A stretch of DNA of 63,961 bases, counting the filler, from Octopus bimaculoides (Eukaryota), in NCBI RefSeq assembly GCF_001194135.2. It is 5 parts of 4 records of this genome, joined end to end, with 100 filler letters (N's around TTAATTAATTAA, not from the genome) between each part and the next. Parts side by side here need not be neighbours in the genome. Positions count along the whole stretch, not along the records: positions 1 to 7,284 come from NC_068982.1; positions 7,385 to 38,534 come from NC_068982.1; 3 more parts are not named here. One strand, 5' to 3'. The notes beneath the pieces were generated by a model. That model saw only the letters and a list, made by a program, of their open reading frames with translations, had not been told where the DNA came from and did not search any database. The first letter of the stretch is position 1, and every line of letters begins with the position of its first letter. The position numbers and the translations under genes were made by a program. Below are positions 1 to 11,762 of the stretch, in pieces.

Positions 1-35
<35 letters not shown>

Positions 36-1868
36 TATACACAAACACACAAACATATATATACATATGTACCAATATTGTTATATATGAATATACAACT
101 ATATATATATGTATCAATTTATCAATGCACACGCACATATATATGTGTGTGCATATGTGTATACACTGTTATACACAAATATATATACAAAATATTTATA
201 TATCATAACATATCTATACATATATACATATGTACTTACACATGTGTGTTGTGTGTGTGTAAGTATATATCTATATATGGACGTATGTATATGTGCATTT
301 ACACTTACAAAGAATACAAAATTGAGACAGCTCGACATTGTAAGACGAAAAGCGGGAAAATTAAAAGAAAATATAAAGTAAAAATTAGAAGATGTAAAAA
401 AATTTTACGAAATAGAAGCAATTAGGTTGTGAGACCAATTTGACAGTCGTCTGGTAAAATTGGTTCTGAAAATAAGCAAAACTATTAATTAAAACAACAT
501 TTATAGTATTTAATAAAAACAATTTCACTAGAGAAAACGTAAATAGAATATATATNNNNNNNNNNNNNNNNNNNNNNNNNNNNNNNNNNNNNNNNNNNNN
601 NNNNNNNNNNNNNNNNNNNNNNNNNNNNNNNNNNNNNNNNNNNNNNNNNNNNNNNNNNNNNNNNNNNNNNNNNNNNNNNNNNNNNNNNNNNNNNNNNNNN
701 NNNNNNNNNNNNNNNNNNNNNNNNNNNNNNNNNNNNNNNNNNNNNNNNNNNNNNNNNNNNNNNNNNNNNNNNNNNNNNNNNNNNNNNNNNNNNNNNNNNN
801 NNNNNNNNNNNNNNNNNNNNNNNNNNNNNNNNNNNNNNNNNNNNNNNNNNNNNNNNNNNNNNNNNNNNNNNNNNNNNNNNNNNNNNNNNNNNNNNNNNNN
901 NNNNNNNNNNNNNNNNNNNNNNNNNNNNNNNNNNNNNNNNNNNNNNNNNNNNNNNNNNNNNNNNNNNNNNNNNNNNNNNNNNNNNNNNNNNNNNNNNNNN
1001 NNNNNNNNNNNNNNNNNNNNNNNNNNNNNNNNNNNNNNNNNNNNNNNNNNNNNNNNNNNNNNNNNNNNNNNNNNNNNNNNNNNNNNNNNNNNNNNNNNNN
1101 NNNNNNNNNNNNNNNNNNNNNNNNNNNNNNNNNNNNNNNNNNNNNNNNNNNNNNNNNNNNNNNNNNNNNNNNNNNNNNNNNNNNNNNNNNNNNNNNNNNN
1201 NNNNNNNNNNNNNNNNNNNNNNNNNNNNNNNNNNNNNNNNNNNNNNNNNNNNNNNNNNNNNNNNNNNNNNNNNNNNNNNNNNNNNNNNNNNNNNNNNNNN
1301 NNNNNNNNNNNNNNNNNNNNNNNNNNNNNNNNNNNNNTATATATATATATATATATATATATTTACACACACACATGCATATATATATTTATGAACCTCA
1401 TGAAAAATTCAACCGCATCATCATCATCATTCTCATTCTCCTCGACAACATTATCAACTTCATCATCATCAACGTTTTCGTCGGCGTCTTCGTCGTTATC
1501 ATCATCATCATCATCGTCACTCTGATGAATGTGAATATGAAACAGAACAATAATAAATTGAACAAATAAACAAAAGCAGTAGCAACATAAATAAAAATAA
1601 GAAAATAACAACAACATGAACTACTTCTATTACTACTACTACTACTACTACTACTAGTAGTAGTAGTAGTAGTAGTAGTCGTAGTTCACACGCGGCACCA
1701 TCAACAAACATCAGACAGATTCCTCTGTGTTTTATATGAGAAAATGTTTGCCTATTTGAAATATTCTGGAAAGAATAAAAACTTCCACTTTTGCTGGAGT
1801 ATTGGACCTATAACATTGATGATAAGTTCCTTGAAAATTAGTAACAAAGCAAACAAGATAAACTATAG

Positions 1869-1911
<43 letters not shown>

Positions 1912-3046
1912 AAGAAACCAGAGACAAACTCAGTAACCAAATATGGTGCTATGTTCTATGTCATAGCAACTTGTATGTTTAGAGTGCTCCCTTGAAGCAA
2001 AATCATTTTGTTTCATGACTGAAAACTAGAATCAATGGAATCGTAATACTGGTTGGTTGTCTATGATTGTGTGTAAGTGTGGTGGGGGATTGATCAGGTG
2101 GGAGATGGGTTATATGATTCATTGAAAGAAGTGAAAAATAAATTTTAAAAAAAGAAATTGTGTGCCGTGATGTGAAGCGAGTTGTGATGTTTCGGATGTT
2201 TGTAATACTGGAAAGAATTTGATGCTAAGAATGAGATTTTGGAGTTTACTGGATTTTGGAGTTTTCTAAAAAAAAACAACTTGTTTGATGAGGTTAAATG
2301 ATGCGTTGTCTTGTGGTGAAACGAAAATAACAAGAAAAAAAAACGTCGTGGTCATCTACGTTATGACCAACACTATCACCAATGGCACCACCGCCACTGC
2401 CGCCGCCAGAGCGGCCGTCACGATCACCGTCGTCACAGCCACTGCCGATGCGGCCACCATCGCCGTGATGGCCGCTGCCAACACGGTCGTCACTGCCATA
2501 CGGCCGCTGCCAGCGTGACCGTCGACGTTGTTATCGTCATTGCCTTACTCGATTTCCTCCCCCTCCTCCTCGTCGTCTTGGTCATCACCACCGTCACCAC
2601 AACCACCACCATCGTCATTAACATTTATATTGTACACAGTACATACATACCGCTCCTGGTTTCAACAGTTTCGTTAGTGTACACAGAAAGAACAGTTAAA
2701 GCATCTGAGTTCAAAAATCTCCGTGACCTGGTGGTCTTCAATTGACTCCCCTTTCCCATACGGTGCCTCACCATCATGAATTCTAGTGGAAGTCATTCTA
2801 TCGTAAACATTCATGCCTAGTTTCCAGTTTGGCGAAACCGTCCATTCTTCCACTTAATTGTCATGAACAACCTGAGAATGTCATGGCCCATGACCCTTCC
2901 TCATCACACTTTAAATTCGCAGTAAATTGCACTTTCATAATTTGTGACAATTTCTTTTGTAGAACATTAATTAATTTCTAATTGTACGCACAAAAATGAT
3001 TTATTCTGCGCGTTAGTTATTATAGAAAGGTGTAACTGAGAGTACA

Positions 3047-3540
3047 TTTCATATCATCAAAGTGACACCGGGGTACAAATATACGAAACCCAATATACCC
3101 ATCACGACTACATACCCAATAAAGTATACCACGCACGTGCATCGCAGTCATATGTGCGTAACATGGTGATCTCATATCAAGATAAACAGCGCATGACCTT
3201 GCAGGTGGAGCCCAGTTAGAATTTTCTTCAGGTCGAGTAGCCCATCCTGCTCAAAAGGTCTCTGAATAAGGTTTGTTTAAGGATGATAAGCGAACTACCT
3301 ATGTTTCTAAGGGTGAATTATTCAAACACCAAAGAATCCCTCTCAACACATGGCTATGATGTCCACCCCACACTACTTCTGCTCGGGATCAGAGATGCAT
3401 ATATCGTCAGCCACTAACTAGGGGACATGCTCAACTGGCTAAGGTCAGACAACTGACAACAAATCTGTTGTACAGAGCAGAATGTTTGATGTAGCTCATC
3501 TTTTATACCAAGACAAAACATGTACATGGTAACACTTCCA
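3047..3540 (+). mobile_element. Non-coding interspersed repeat, 'family E' copy 1 (class unknown)
   Basis: About 490 bp that align along their length with 4571-5050 (shared blocks include CATGGTGATCTCATATCAAG, TAGAATTTTCTTCAGGTC, CTCTCAACACATGGCTATGAT and GATCAGAGATGCA). Ends at an (ATT)n array. No ORF. Confidence 0.7.
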
Positions 3541-3543
3541 GCC

Positions 3544-3553
3544 ATTATTATTA

Positions 3554-3610
<57 letters not shown>
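3544..3610. repeat. (ATT)n microsatellite
   Basis: Directly visible. Confidence 0.95.
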
Positions 3611-3611
<1 letters not shown>

Positions 3612-3802
3612 GTCAAAATTTAAAGGAGAGTGCCATTGTTATCTAGTGAACGATATTTCGATATCTTGTGTCTTCAACTGGTTCAAAAAATAAATTCGTC
3701 AATCTACTTCGTTTTGGTTAATATATAAAGGATTGAGGCAACGCCTCCTGAAGATAGAGAGTCAAAATTAAAAGTACAGTGCCATTGTTATCTAGTGAAC
3801 CC
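3611..3802 (-). mobile_element. Penelope-like element terminal repeat (solo pLTR-like) with 41-bp terminal direct repeat
   Basis: 3611-3651 and 3760-3800 are near-identical 41-mers ending GTGCCATTGTTATCTAGTGAAC. A decayed minimal hammerhead motif lies at 3647-3685 on the minus strand. Flanked by (ATT)n on both sides. Confidence 0.5.
3647..3685 (-). ncRNA. Decayed minimal type I hammerhead ribozyme motif
   Basis: Minus strand: TGAAC-CAGTTGA-A-GACACAAGATATC-GAAA-TATC-GTTCA. Stem I is a perfect 5 bp, stem III is the palindromic ATAT with a C17 site, the core has 2 mismatches to CUGAUGA, and stem II is imperfect. Confidence 0.45.
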
Positions 3803-3883
<81 letters not shown>

Positions 3884-3910
3884 TTTATTTATTAATTTAT
3901 TAATTTATTT
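3803..3910. repeat. (ATT)n then (ATTT)n microsatellite
   Basis: Directly visible; abuts the 3' end of the R4/Dong fragment. Confidence 0.9.
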
Positions 3911-3913
3911 ATT

Positions 3914-4537
3914 TTCTTTGCACAGCTTCTAATGCTGGAGATGTACTACGGTGCCCAGTGAACTAAGGTAACACCCCTTATTTTGCAAGCACCATCCGGA
4001 GTATTCGGGCGGTTCCAAGTAGTGGTGTTTTCTGCAAGTTCTCCACCCTTATTGTAGCTCCTATTTGTTCCATGTACTTCTCATGACTTTTACTCACTTT
4101 TCCCAGGGCTCCAACAATTATTGTTACTACTACCACCTTTTCCATCGACCACAACTTCTTAAACTCTCAAGCTAACTTGTCATATATATCCACTTTTCTT
4201 TCTTCTTTATCGCATACCTTGTTGTCAGCCGGGCATGATATATCTATGATCCAGCATCGTTTCCTTTCTTTCTCGATTAACACTATGTCTGGCTTCCTAT
4301 TTTCTATTTCATGGTTGCACTGAATCATAAAATCCCATAGGCTCTTTGCATTATCATTTTCGATGATGCCTTAGGGTTTATGCTCGTACCACTTTTTTTG
4401 CTCTGTCAAGTCCATACTTGTTGCAAAGTGTCTAATGGACAATCCTTGCTATAATGTCATGGCGTCTCGTATATTCTTTCTGGGCTAGTGGCGTACACTG
4501 ACTGGTAATATGCCATACTGTTTCACCATTTTGTCCG
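3914..4537 (-). mobile_element. 5'-truncated R4/Dong-clade non-LTR retrotransposon (CCHC remnant + restriction-like endonuclease + 3' UTR), pseudogenised
   Basis: Minus translation with stops: GQNGETVWHITSQCTPLAQKEYTRRHDIIARIVH*...WDFMIQCNHEIENRKPDIVLIEKERKRCWIIDISCPADNKVCDKEERKVDIY...IIVGALGKV...LLGTARILRMVLAK*. This contains the PD..D REL signature. (TAA)n lies on both flanks. Confidence 0.9.
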
Positions 4538-4570
4538 TTATTATTATTATTGCTGTTGTTGCTGTTGTTG

Positions 4571-5050
4571 AGAGCAGTGCATGCCATCAGAGTGATACTG
4601 CGGTAAAATATACGAAGCCCTGTTTGGCCATCATGACTACTCGTCTGATAAGGATACACCAGGCACATGCATCACAACCATATTTGCACGACATGGTGAT
4701 CTCATATCAAGGTAAACAGCTCATTATTTTGCAGGTGGGACCCAGCTAGAATTTTCTTCAGGTCAAGTAGCACACCCTGCTCAAATGAGTATGTTGAATT
4801 ATCCAAAGCCCAAAGAATTCCTCTCAACACATGGCTATGATGCTCCCCCACTACTTCTGCTCATGATCAGAGATGCACATATCGTCAGCCACTAAGGGAA
4901 ATGTTCAACTGGTTAAAGTTAAACAACTGACAATGAAATCTGTGGTATTGAGCAGAATATTTGCTGTAGCACATCTTTTATATCAAGACAAAACAATGTA
5001 CAATGATAACACTTCCAGTAAGTTAAGATCAGAAGCTATGAGAGTCACTG
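4571..5050 (+). mobile_element. Non-coding interspersed repeat, 'family E' copy 2
   Basis: Homologous to 3047-3540, with an internal deletion of roughly 60 bp after CTCAAA (about 4785). Confidence 0.7.
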
Positions 5051-5094
5051 CCTTTGTTATTATTGTTGTTTTTGTTGTTGTTATTATTATTATT

Positions 5095-6483
5095 GTTCAG
5101 TAGTTTTATTTTTATAACGTGCTTTCACTTCACTACCGAGCGCAGCTCTGTGCGCCTTGGGTATGTGCTGTGGTTTGCTGTGGTGCTCTTATGTTTACTG
5201 TATTGAAAGTGTTTTGCGTAGAATGTGTGTGCAATTTTCTGTATGTTATATATATTTGTAAGTCCTGGTGTTTTTGTTATGTATTTGTCTGAATATCTTT
5301 TTTATTATACCTAAGGCACCTACTATGATAGGAATTGTCTCTGTTNNNNNNNNNNNNNNNNNNNNNNNNNNNNNNNNNNNNNNNNNNNNNNNNNNNNNNN
5401 NNNNNNNNNNNNNNNNNNNNNNNNNNNNNNNNNNNNNNNNNNNNNNNNNNNNNNNNNNNNNNNNNNNNNNNNNNNNNNNNNNNNNNNNNNNNNNNNNNNN
5501 NNNNNNNNNNNNNNNNNNNNNNNNNNNNNNNNNNNNNNNNNNNNNNNNNNNNNNNNNNNNNNNNNNNNNNNNNNNNNNNNNNNNNNNNNNNNNNNNNNNN
5601 NNNNNNNNNNNNNNNNNNNNNNNNNNNNNNNNNNNNNNNNNNNNNNNNNNNNNNNNNNNNNNNNNNNNNNNNNNNNNNNNNNNNNNNNNNNNNNNNNNNN
5701 NNNNNNNNNNNNNNNNNNNNNNNNNNNNNNNNNNNNNNNNNNNNNNNNNNNNNNNNNNNNNNNNNNNNNNNNNNNNNNNNNNNNNNNNNNNNNNNNNNNN
5801 NNNNNNNNNNNNNNNNNNNNNNNNNNNNNNNNNNNNNNNNNNNNNNNNNNNNNNNNNNNNNNNNNNNNNNNNNNNNNNNNNNNNNNNNNNNNNNNNNNNN
5901 NNNNNNNNNNNNNNNNNNNNNNNNNNNNNNNNNNNNNNNNNNNNNNNNNNNNNNNNNNNNNNNNNNNNNNNNNNNNNNNNNNNNNNNNNNNNNNNNNNNN
6001 NNNNNNNNNNNNNNNNNNNNNNNNNNNNNNNNNNNNNNNNNNNNNNNNNNNNNNNNNNNNNNNNNNNNNNNNNNNNNNNNNNNNNNNNNNNNNNNNNNNN
6101 NNNNNNNNNNNNNNNNNNNNNNNNNNNNNNNNNNNNNNNNNNNNNNNNNNNNNNNNNNNNNNNNNNNNNNNNNNNNNNNNNNNNNNNNNNNNNNNNNNNN
6201 NNNNNNNNNNNNNNNNNNNNNNNNNNNNNNNNNNNNNNNNNNNNNNNNNNNNNNNNNNNNNNNNNNNNNNNNNNNATTTGTTAGGTAGATTGATTTCTTG
6301 TTTGTATTTGTCAGCTTCCTTAAATACTGAAAATAGTTTTTTTGTTTTGCTCGTGTTTTGTGGCTATTTGTATTAGTTTCCCTTGCTTCTGGAGTAGGTA
6401 TTTTTGCAGTCCTATGGTGGTTATTTTATAATAGTTTTCTAGCTGTATATGACCCCTGCCACCTTCTGTGCGTTGTATATATA

Positions 6484-6484
<1 letters not shown>
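5095..6484 (-). mobile_element. 5'-truncated R4/Dong-clade LINE, second subfamily, spanning the N gap 5346-6276
   Basis: Right of the gap: LYIQRTEGGRGHIQLENYYKITTIGLQKYLLQKQGKLIQIATKHEQNKKLFSVFKEADKY (RxEGGRGL motif after the RT). Left of the gap: ETIPIIVGALGIIKK...YNIQKI...HILRKTLSIQ* followed by a 3' UTR. (TAA)n at both junctions. Confidence 0.85.
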
Positions 6485-6521
<37 letters not shown>

Positions 6522-6537
6522 TATTATCATTTTTATC

Positions 6538-6600
<63 letters not shown>

Positions 6601-6601
6601 C
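6485..6601. repeat. (ATT)n microsatellite
   Basis: Directly visible. Confidence 0.95.
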
Positions 6602-6812
6602 ATTTTAAACCTGAATATTTTTCCAGTAGTGTTAGTTACTTCCGGAGAGGTCAGGAAGAAACCTAACTTTGTTGATCTACCATAAAGGGAACATAACGGT
6701 CATTTTATTTTATATACTTGTTTACCTCCACTCCCATTTCTATTTTATGCAGTTATATGCACAGAAACATATGGCTATGTTGATAAACATATCAGTCATG
6801 CACTTCACAAAG

Positions 6813-6856
<44 letters not shown>

Positions 6857-7284
6857 AAACTCTCGCGCGCACACACATACCTTAAACACAAAAGCACATA
6901 CATAAACCTACACATGTACAAATGTACTCAGACATGTGACTAAGAAACAGCCATCATTGATTCTAAAGGAATCTTAGCACTTAACCGTTCTTCTGTATCG
7001 CAATCGCATCATTGTAAACGGATTGCTTTAGGTCCAACATGGAAAGTTGAAGCAAGGAACCAGACAAAGTCTTAATCCGCAGACATAAATTCCGGATGGG
7101 ATTCCATAAGAAACATGGCCACGTGGCTCGCACGAAGAATTTGTTCCGAAAATCGAATAATTGTCAGAGTTATTGGTCAATTTAGGGATTCCTTGTTCCA
7201 GTGTTTGTATGTGCGTGCCCACACACACGCACATACACACAAACACAAGCACTATATATATACATAGCTATATAAATATATATA

Positions 7285-7384
7285 NNNNNNNNNNNNNNNN
7301 NNNNNNNNNNNNNNNNNNNNNNNNNNNNTTAATTAATTAANNNNNNNNNNNNNNNNNNNNNNNNNNNNNNNNNNNNNNNNNNNN
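7285..7384. other. Scaffolding gap: 44 N + TTAATTAATTAA + 44 N (also 38535-38634, 46401-46500, 57365-57464)
   Basis: The same 100-nt construct occurs four times, with a 12-mer that puts stops in all six frames. Artificial. Confidence 0.95.
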
Positions 7385-7462
7385 TTAAAACAAAATAGGT
7401 CTTTTAAGAGGTGAAAAATGCAACTTACATGGGAGCCGATGTGTCTACCGTCCGTCCATGAT

Positions 7463-7554
<92 letters not shown>
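7463..7554. repeat. (GATA)n microsatellite
   Basis: Directly visible. Confidence 0.95.
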
Positions 7555-7842
7555 TTTCTATTTCATATTAATGTTACTGGACATACAGGTAGAAGTTTTG
7601 TTCCAGTTCTTTTAACTAAACAGCTTGTCTGTTGAAGCCATCATTTGTTCTCCATAAAAATCTCCAGCAGCCTTCGGCCTGATCTTTTGTGGCGGTATCT
7701 TTTACAGAGATTGAGTCTTTCGCATTGAAGCTGCAATAAACTGACTTGAATTCTCTGGCAAATAATATATTGAGCATATGCCGATTACATGCTGTAGACT
7801 TTAGCAAGAGTCCATCAACCCAAGTGGTCGTACATCGTTCTC

Positions 7843-7892
<50 letters not shown>

Positions 7893-8089
7893 TGTATATT
7901 GACTTTAAGTAAAGCATGATGGTTTATTCAACCAGAAACTAGAGACTTAAAAACCTCCATTCAAGAAGAGTTTTATGATATATTTTTCTCTGATGCCTCT
8001 GCTCTGAGTCCCCCTACCCCATCAGTAAATTCACAGTTGTTATTCGTTTTTTTTTTTACATACCCAGGTCTATTCTCCATATTTTTAGG

Positions 8090-8400
8090 AGAGGGTAGCC
8101 ATAACAAGACACACACCAGGCATTTCGGGTGGGATGTACTGGGTATGACTATAAACTACATCCGACATTAGGACCCTGGAGTCCTGGTTTCAGTGTTTGA
8201 GAAGTTGGAACCACCTCTTAGCCACTATTGTTCCCAGGTCTACTCTGACCCAAAATGGTAACACCTGTAAGGGTCCCAGCTATAGGTTAACTAGCAACCC
8301 TCACCTGCGACTGGGGGTGGGGATCGGTAGAATGCAGTCACTGTATTCCCTGCGTGGCGTAAGAGGTGACAAAAAGGGGCGGGATCGAGGGGACTTGGAA
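8090..8400 (+). mobile_element. Decayed retroposon-like interspersed repeat
   Basis: GC-richer block containing CCCAGGTCTACTCTGACCC...GGTAACACCTGTAAGGGTCCC and CCCTGCGTGGCGTAAGAGGTGAC, which resemble retroposon consensus motifs from memory. Single copy in this window. Confidence 0.35.
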
Positions 8401-8471
8401 CTCTCTCCTCCTAGTAAATCTATATTCCTAAAAAGACAGCAAGTTGTTATTCTTAAATGTCCCTTAAAATA

Positions 8472-8686
8472 ATCATTTCTAATATAGACACAAGGCCTGA
8501 AAGTTTCGAAGGAGGGAGACAGTCGATTACATCAACCCCAGTACTTAACTGGTACTAATTTTATCGAATCCGAAAGGATGAAAGGCAAAGTCAACCTCGG
8601 TGAAATTTGAACTCAGAACAAAAACACAGACGAAATGCTGCTAAGCATTTTGTTCGGCGTGTTAATGGTTCTGCCAGCTCGCTGCC
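8472..8686 (-). mobile_element. tRNA-derived SINE, family B
   Basis: Minus head GGCAGCGAGCTGGCAGAACCATTAAC...GTTCTGAGTTCAAATTTC, then GACTTTGCCTTTCATCCTTTCGGATTCGATAAAATTAGTACCAG; homologous to 31528-31747 and 47195-47545. Confidence 0.85.
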
Positions 8687-8719
8687 TTATCATATTATAA
8701 AATTAAAAAAGATCTCACA

Positions 8720-8768
<49 letters not shown>

Positions 8769-9224
8769 ACTAAGCACATACAAACATACACTTACATACG
8801 CACAAGCACAAATATTTGTACTGCATGGAAACTTCATTCTCGAGTGAGTTGTAAAAAGTATATAATGTTACAATAAACATAATACTGATCAATCAAACAT
8901 TTACTCTATCAACGAGCACTTCTTCTACCCCGTTGATCTGTTCGACCAGAACAGGATAACGCAAAGCAAGAATACAAGTAGTATAATATATAAACACTAT
9001 GGATTGCTTCATCTCCAGTGTACAATATAATATCTATAGCGCATTCAATACGATATACGCATGAATATTAGCAGAACTATTAATTCCATCCTCTAAGTTC
9101 CATATCTATATGTGTGTGTTTTATTAAATATATCATTTCACCATTAGATTCTTTTGAATTTGATATATTAGCTTTTAAAGAGCATATGATAACTTAGCAT
9201 ATTGTACACAGACACAAAAAGATT

Positions 9225-9350
9225 GCTTTTCAACCATATGATTCGAGTTCAGTCCCACTACAGAACACCTCGAGCAAGCGCCTTCTAATATAGCAGTGAG
9301 CCATTCGAAATCTTGTAAGTAGATTGGTAGACGGAAACTGAGAGAAGCGC
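9225..9350 (+). mobile_element. SINE family A, decayed 5' fragment
   Basis: CAACCATATGATTCGAGTTCAGTCCCACT...GGTAGACGGAAACTGAGAGAAGC matches the family A head. Confidence 0.7.
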
Positions 9351-10804
9351 TAAAACATGTGCCTGAGAGAGGAAAATCTTTGGCTTCAAACTTTTGCTGT
9401 CCAGAGGAACCAGTTCGATGGACTGTATGACGTTCTTGGTTTTATTTATCAAATTTCCCTTCAAGGGAGAAAGAGAACTTCATTGGAATTTATACAACCT
9501 CATACAAGGTAGTTTTGTCTGACTGTTTATATGTCTGTCTGCTTGCATATATTTATCTATGCTATACATGTGTGTGTGTGCGCGCGCGAGTGCACATATC
9601 TAGGTAGGTAGATAGGTACTAGGGAGCCCATGTGTATATGTACATATGTATCCGTGCATGAACACAAGGGTGCAGATATGAATACTGTTTCATACGTAGA
9701 TTTTGTTACTGATTTGATGACGTTTTACACATTTTACCAATCCCTTTGGCATTTTGACGCTGTAAACTGATTATGTTCTGTTTTCTGGTTTTGTGAATCC
9801 CAGCTTCTCAAGATCGGTAAAGTATATATATGCACGCATATATTTTTGTATATTACACATTAACCCACCTGACCTAGCTCAACGTGTGTGCTAAAGGATA
9901 TACAGAATATCCCTCTTCCATTGCAGTTTTCTCACCTCTTAGTTGATGATACTTATCATTTTTCAGAATTCATTACTCTACCACTCTGAATCTTGACTTA
10001 ATAATGGATAGTGTTAATAGTTTTATTATACATTTTTTAAAAATCTGCTACAAAAATTAGATTTAGAACTTAAATATACGTTAATTAAAGTAAAATTTCA
10101 TTGAGTGATATTCCGGTATTACATTGAACAAATGGTGTGTCTAGATAGTACAATATATATTAATGTTGTTGTTTAGCACAAAGTAAGGTGTTATTGAATA
10201 GTCTAATGGTGAAAAATATCACTTCTAATGTACTTATCCAGTCTTCTTTATCCTACAACATTGTCCTACGTGTTCTTGCCCTTTTTTTTAAACGCAGGGC
10301 TCTTTTTGAGGAATATTTAGCTGCTATTTTCAAAAGGTCGAGCAACCACACGGAATTAGTTCATTTCTATAGATATAACTGTTTCAATACATTATGCTGG
10401 ATATAACGTCAGAACCATTTTAAATAATAGACTACCATTAAATACTTCCTTACAGACTGTTTTATTATATTTATAAAAAAAATTATGAGGTTTATAAGAT
10501 ATATTATTTATAAAATAATATAAAAATCAATTATCAAATGAAATATAAATCAATCATTTCCACACAGATAACAAAATGTATATAGCTAACAGCAAAGCTC
10601 ACAGTTTACATTGCTGATGAAATCTAAAAAATTATCATAAGTCATACTAAGTCAGGTCATATCAATTGATTATATCAACAAGTGAATACAATGCAAACGT
10701 TACGATTTTTATAACATGACACTGTTGCTAATCATACTGTCTGATTATATCAACAGGTGAGGACAGTATAGAAATTTTGAGTGGTACAGTAATGAATCCC
10801 CATT

Positions 10805-10950
10805 GTGGCCAGTTGGCGGTCGTTAGAGTTCCGGGTACATTGTTTTGTAGCGATCATATTGGGTCTTTTCACTCGAAGTTAAAATTTCGCCGATGTCAAT
10901 TTTGCCTTTCACCCTTTCGGAAGCAATAAATGAAGTACCAGTTTTGTATT
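10805..10950 (+). mobile_element. SINE family B, decayed
   Basis: GGCCAGTTGGCGGTCGTTAG...TTTTGCCTTTCACCCTTTCGGAAGCAATAAATGAAGTACCAG. Confidence 0.6.
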
Positions 10951-11691
10951 AGGTTAGCTTCTATTTCTGCCACTCTTTCTATCTCACTTTCGTGACGAAA
11001 TCGGCTGGGACCAAGCCTAGAGAGAGACGGACTGGTACCTCCAGGTCTAAAACGATGCCCAAGATATGCCGTATGCCAGGATTATACCTTTATGACTCCA
11101 TCAAGGAGCTGAGGGCACAAGAAAAAGTAATCAATGAATTCAAAAATGATGTCTTGGTGATAGAAGAGATGCTAAAACTGCAATGGGAGAAGAATATATT
11201 GTTTAATCTTTTATTCATTTACAGGTTTCAACAAGTGAGCAGTGATCTTGCTGGTGACTGTTGGAAAGTTTCAAAGAATTAACAGATACAGATTTAAAAA
11301 CAATGCATTTTGAAGAAGATCTATTTGTTAAAACGAACCATGAAGGTCTCTAAATTTAATTAAAGATATTTTCGAAGGAATCTGTACTTAGAGATATGTT
11401 AAAGCTGTAAACAGAAACTTCATGTGTGCAGTAAATGGTTTGATAAACACTGAAATATTTACAAAAACATATTCGTTGATATAGTAATCCTTTCGTTAAT
11501 CAAAATATAGCTAGACCATTTACAAATAATGTGAATGAACTTTATTCTCCTGTCTGTATTCTTCTATGTACTGTTTTACACTTTATCCGTCTATCTACAA
11601 TTCTGTTCCTTATAAACTGTAAATTTCCCTGTCTAGAACTTTGATATATACTCACCTTATCTCTGATGACTGTACACCCAGTGTACGGGTA

Positions 11692-11762
11692 GCGAAGTTT
11701 TTTCCCACGAGAAATCCAGACTCCAGTTATAAACTCATTTGCATACAGCCAATCAGTGCTCA
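11692..11762 (-). promoter_or_regulatory. Promoter-like cassette, left copy (CCAAT box + octamer)
   Basis: ATTTGCAT at 11737-11744 and CCAAT at 11749-11753. Followed on the minus strand by a short exon-like stretch ending ATAAG|GTGAGT (donor at 11655-11650). Confidence 0.5.

Noticed and set aside
2340-2620. GC-rich Ala/Thr/Val ORFs, also at 25508-25780, 26400-26600, 31748-31850 and 40682-40996
   Set aside because: Degenerate trinucleotide repeats (ACC, GCC, GTC, ATC) that are open on several frames; no homology recognised. The GCTG|GTAAGT at 40749 has an in-frame stop upstream and no acceptor.
7560-7840. Minus ORF ending DQAEGCWRFLWR, reminiscent of some REL-endonuclease LINE C-termini
   Set aside because: The resemblance is too short, and no PD..D motif was found in any frame.
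10667-10760. 19-bp direct repeat TGATTATATCAACA(A/G)GTGA, 75 bp apart
   Set aside because: Only two units in AT-rich DNA; not a CRISPR or minisatellite.
9400-11330. Plus-strand exon candidates (about 9404-9508, 10288-10326, 11045-11126, 11225-11345)
   Set aside because: Plausible AG/GT pairs exist, but the peptides match nothing I recognise and do not chain into a consistent frame.
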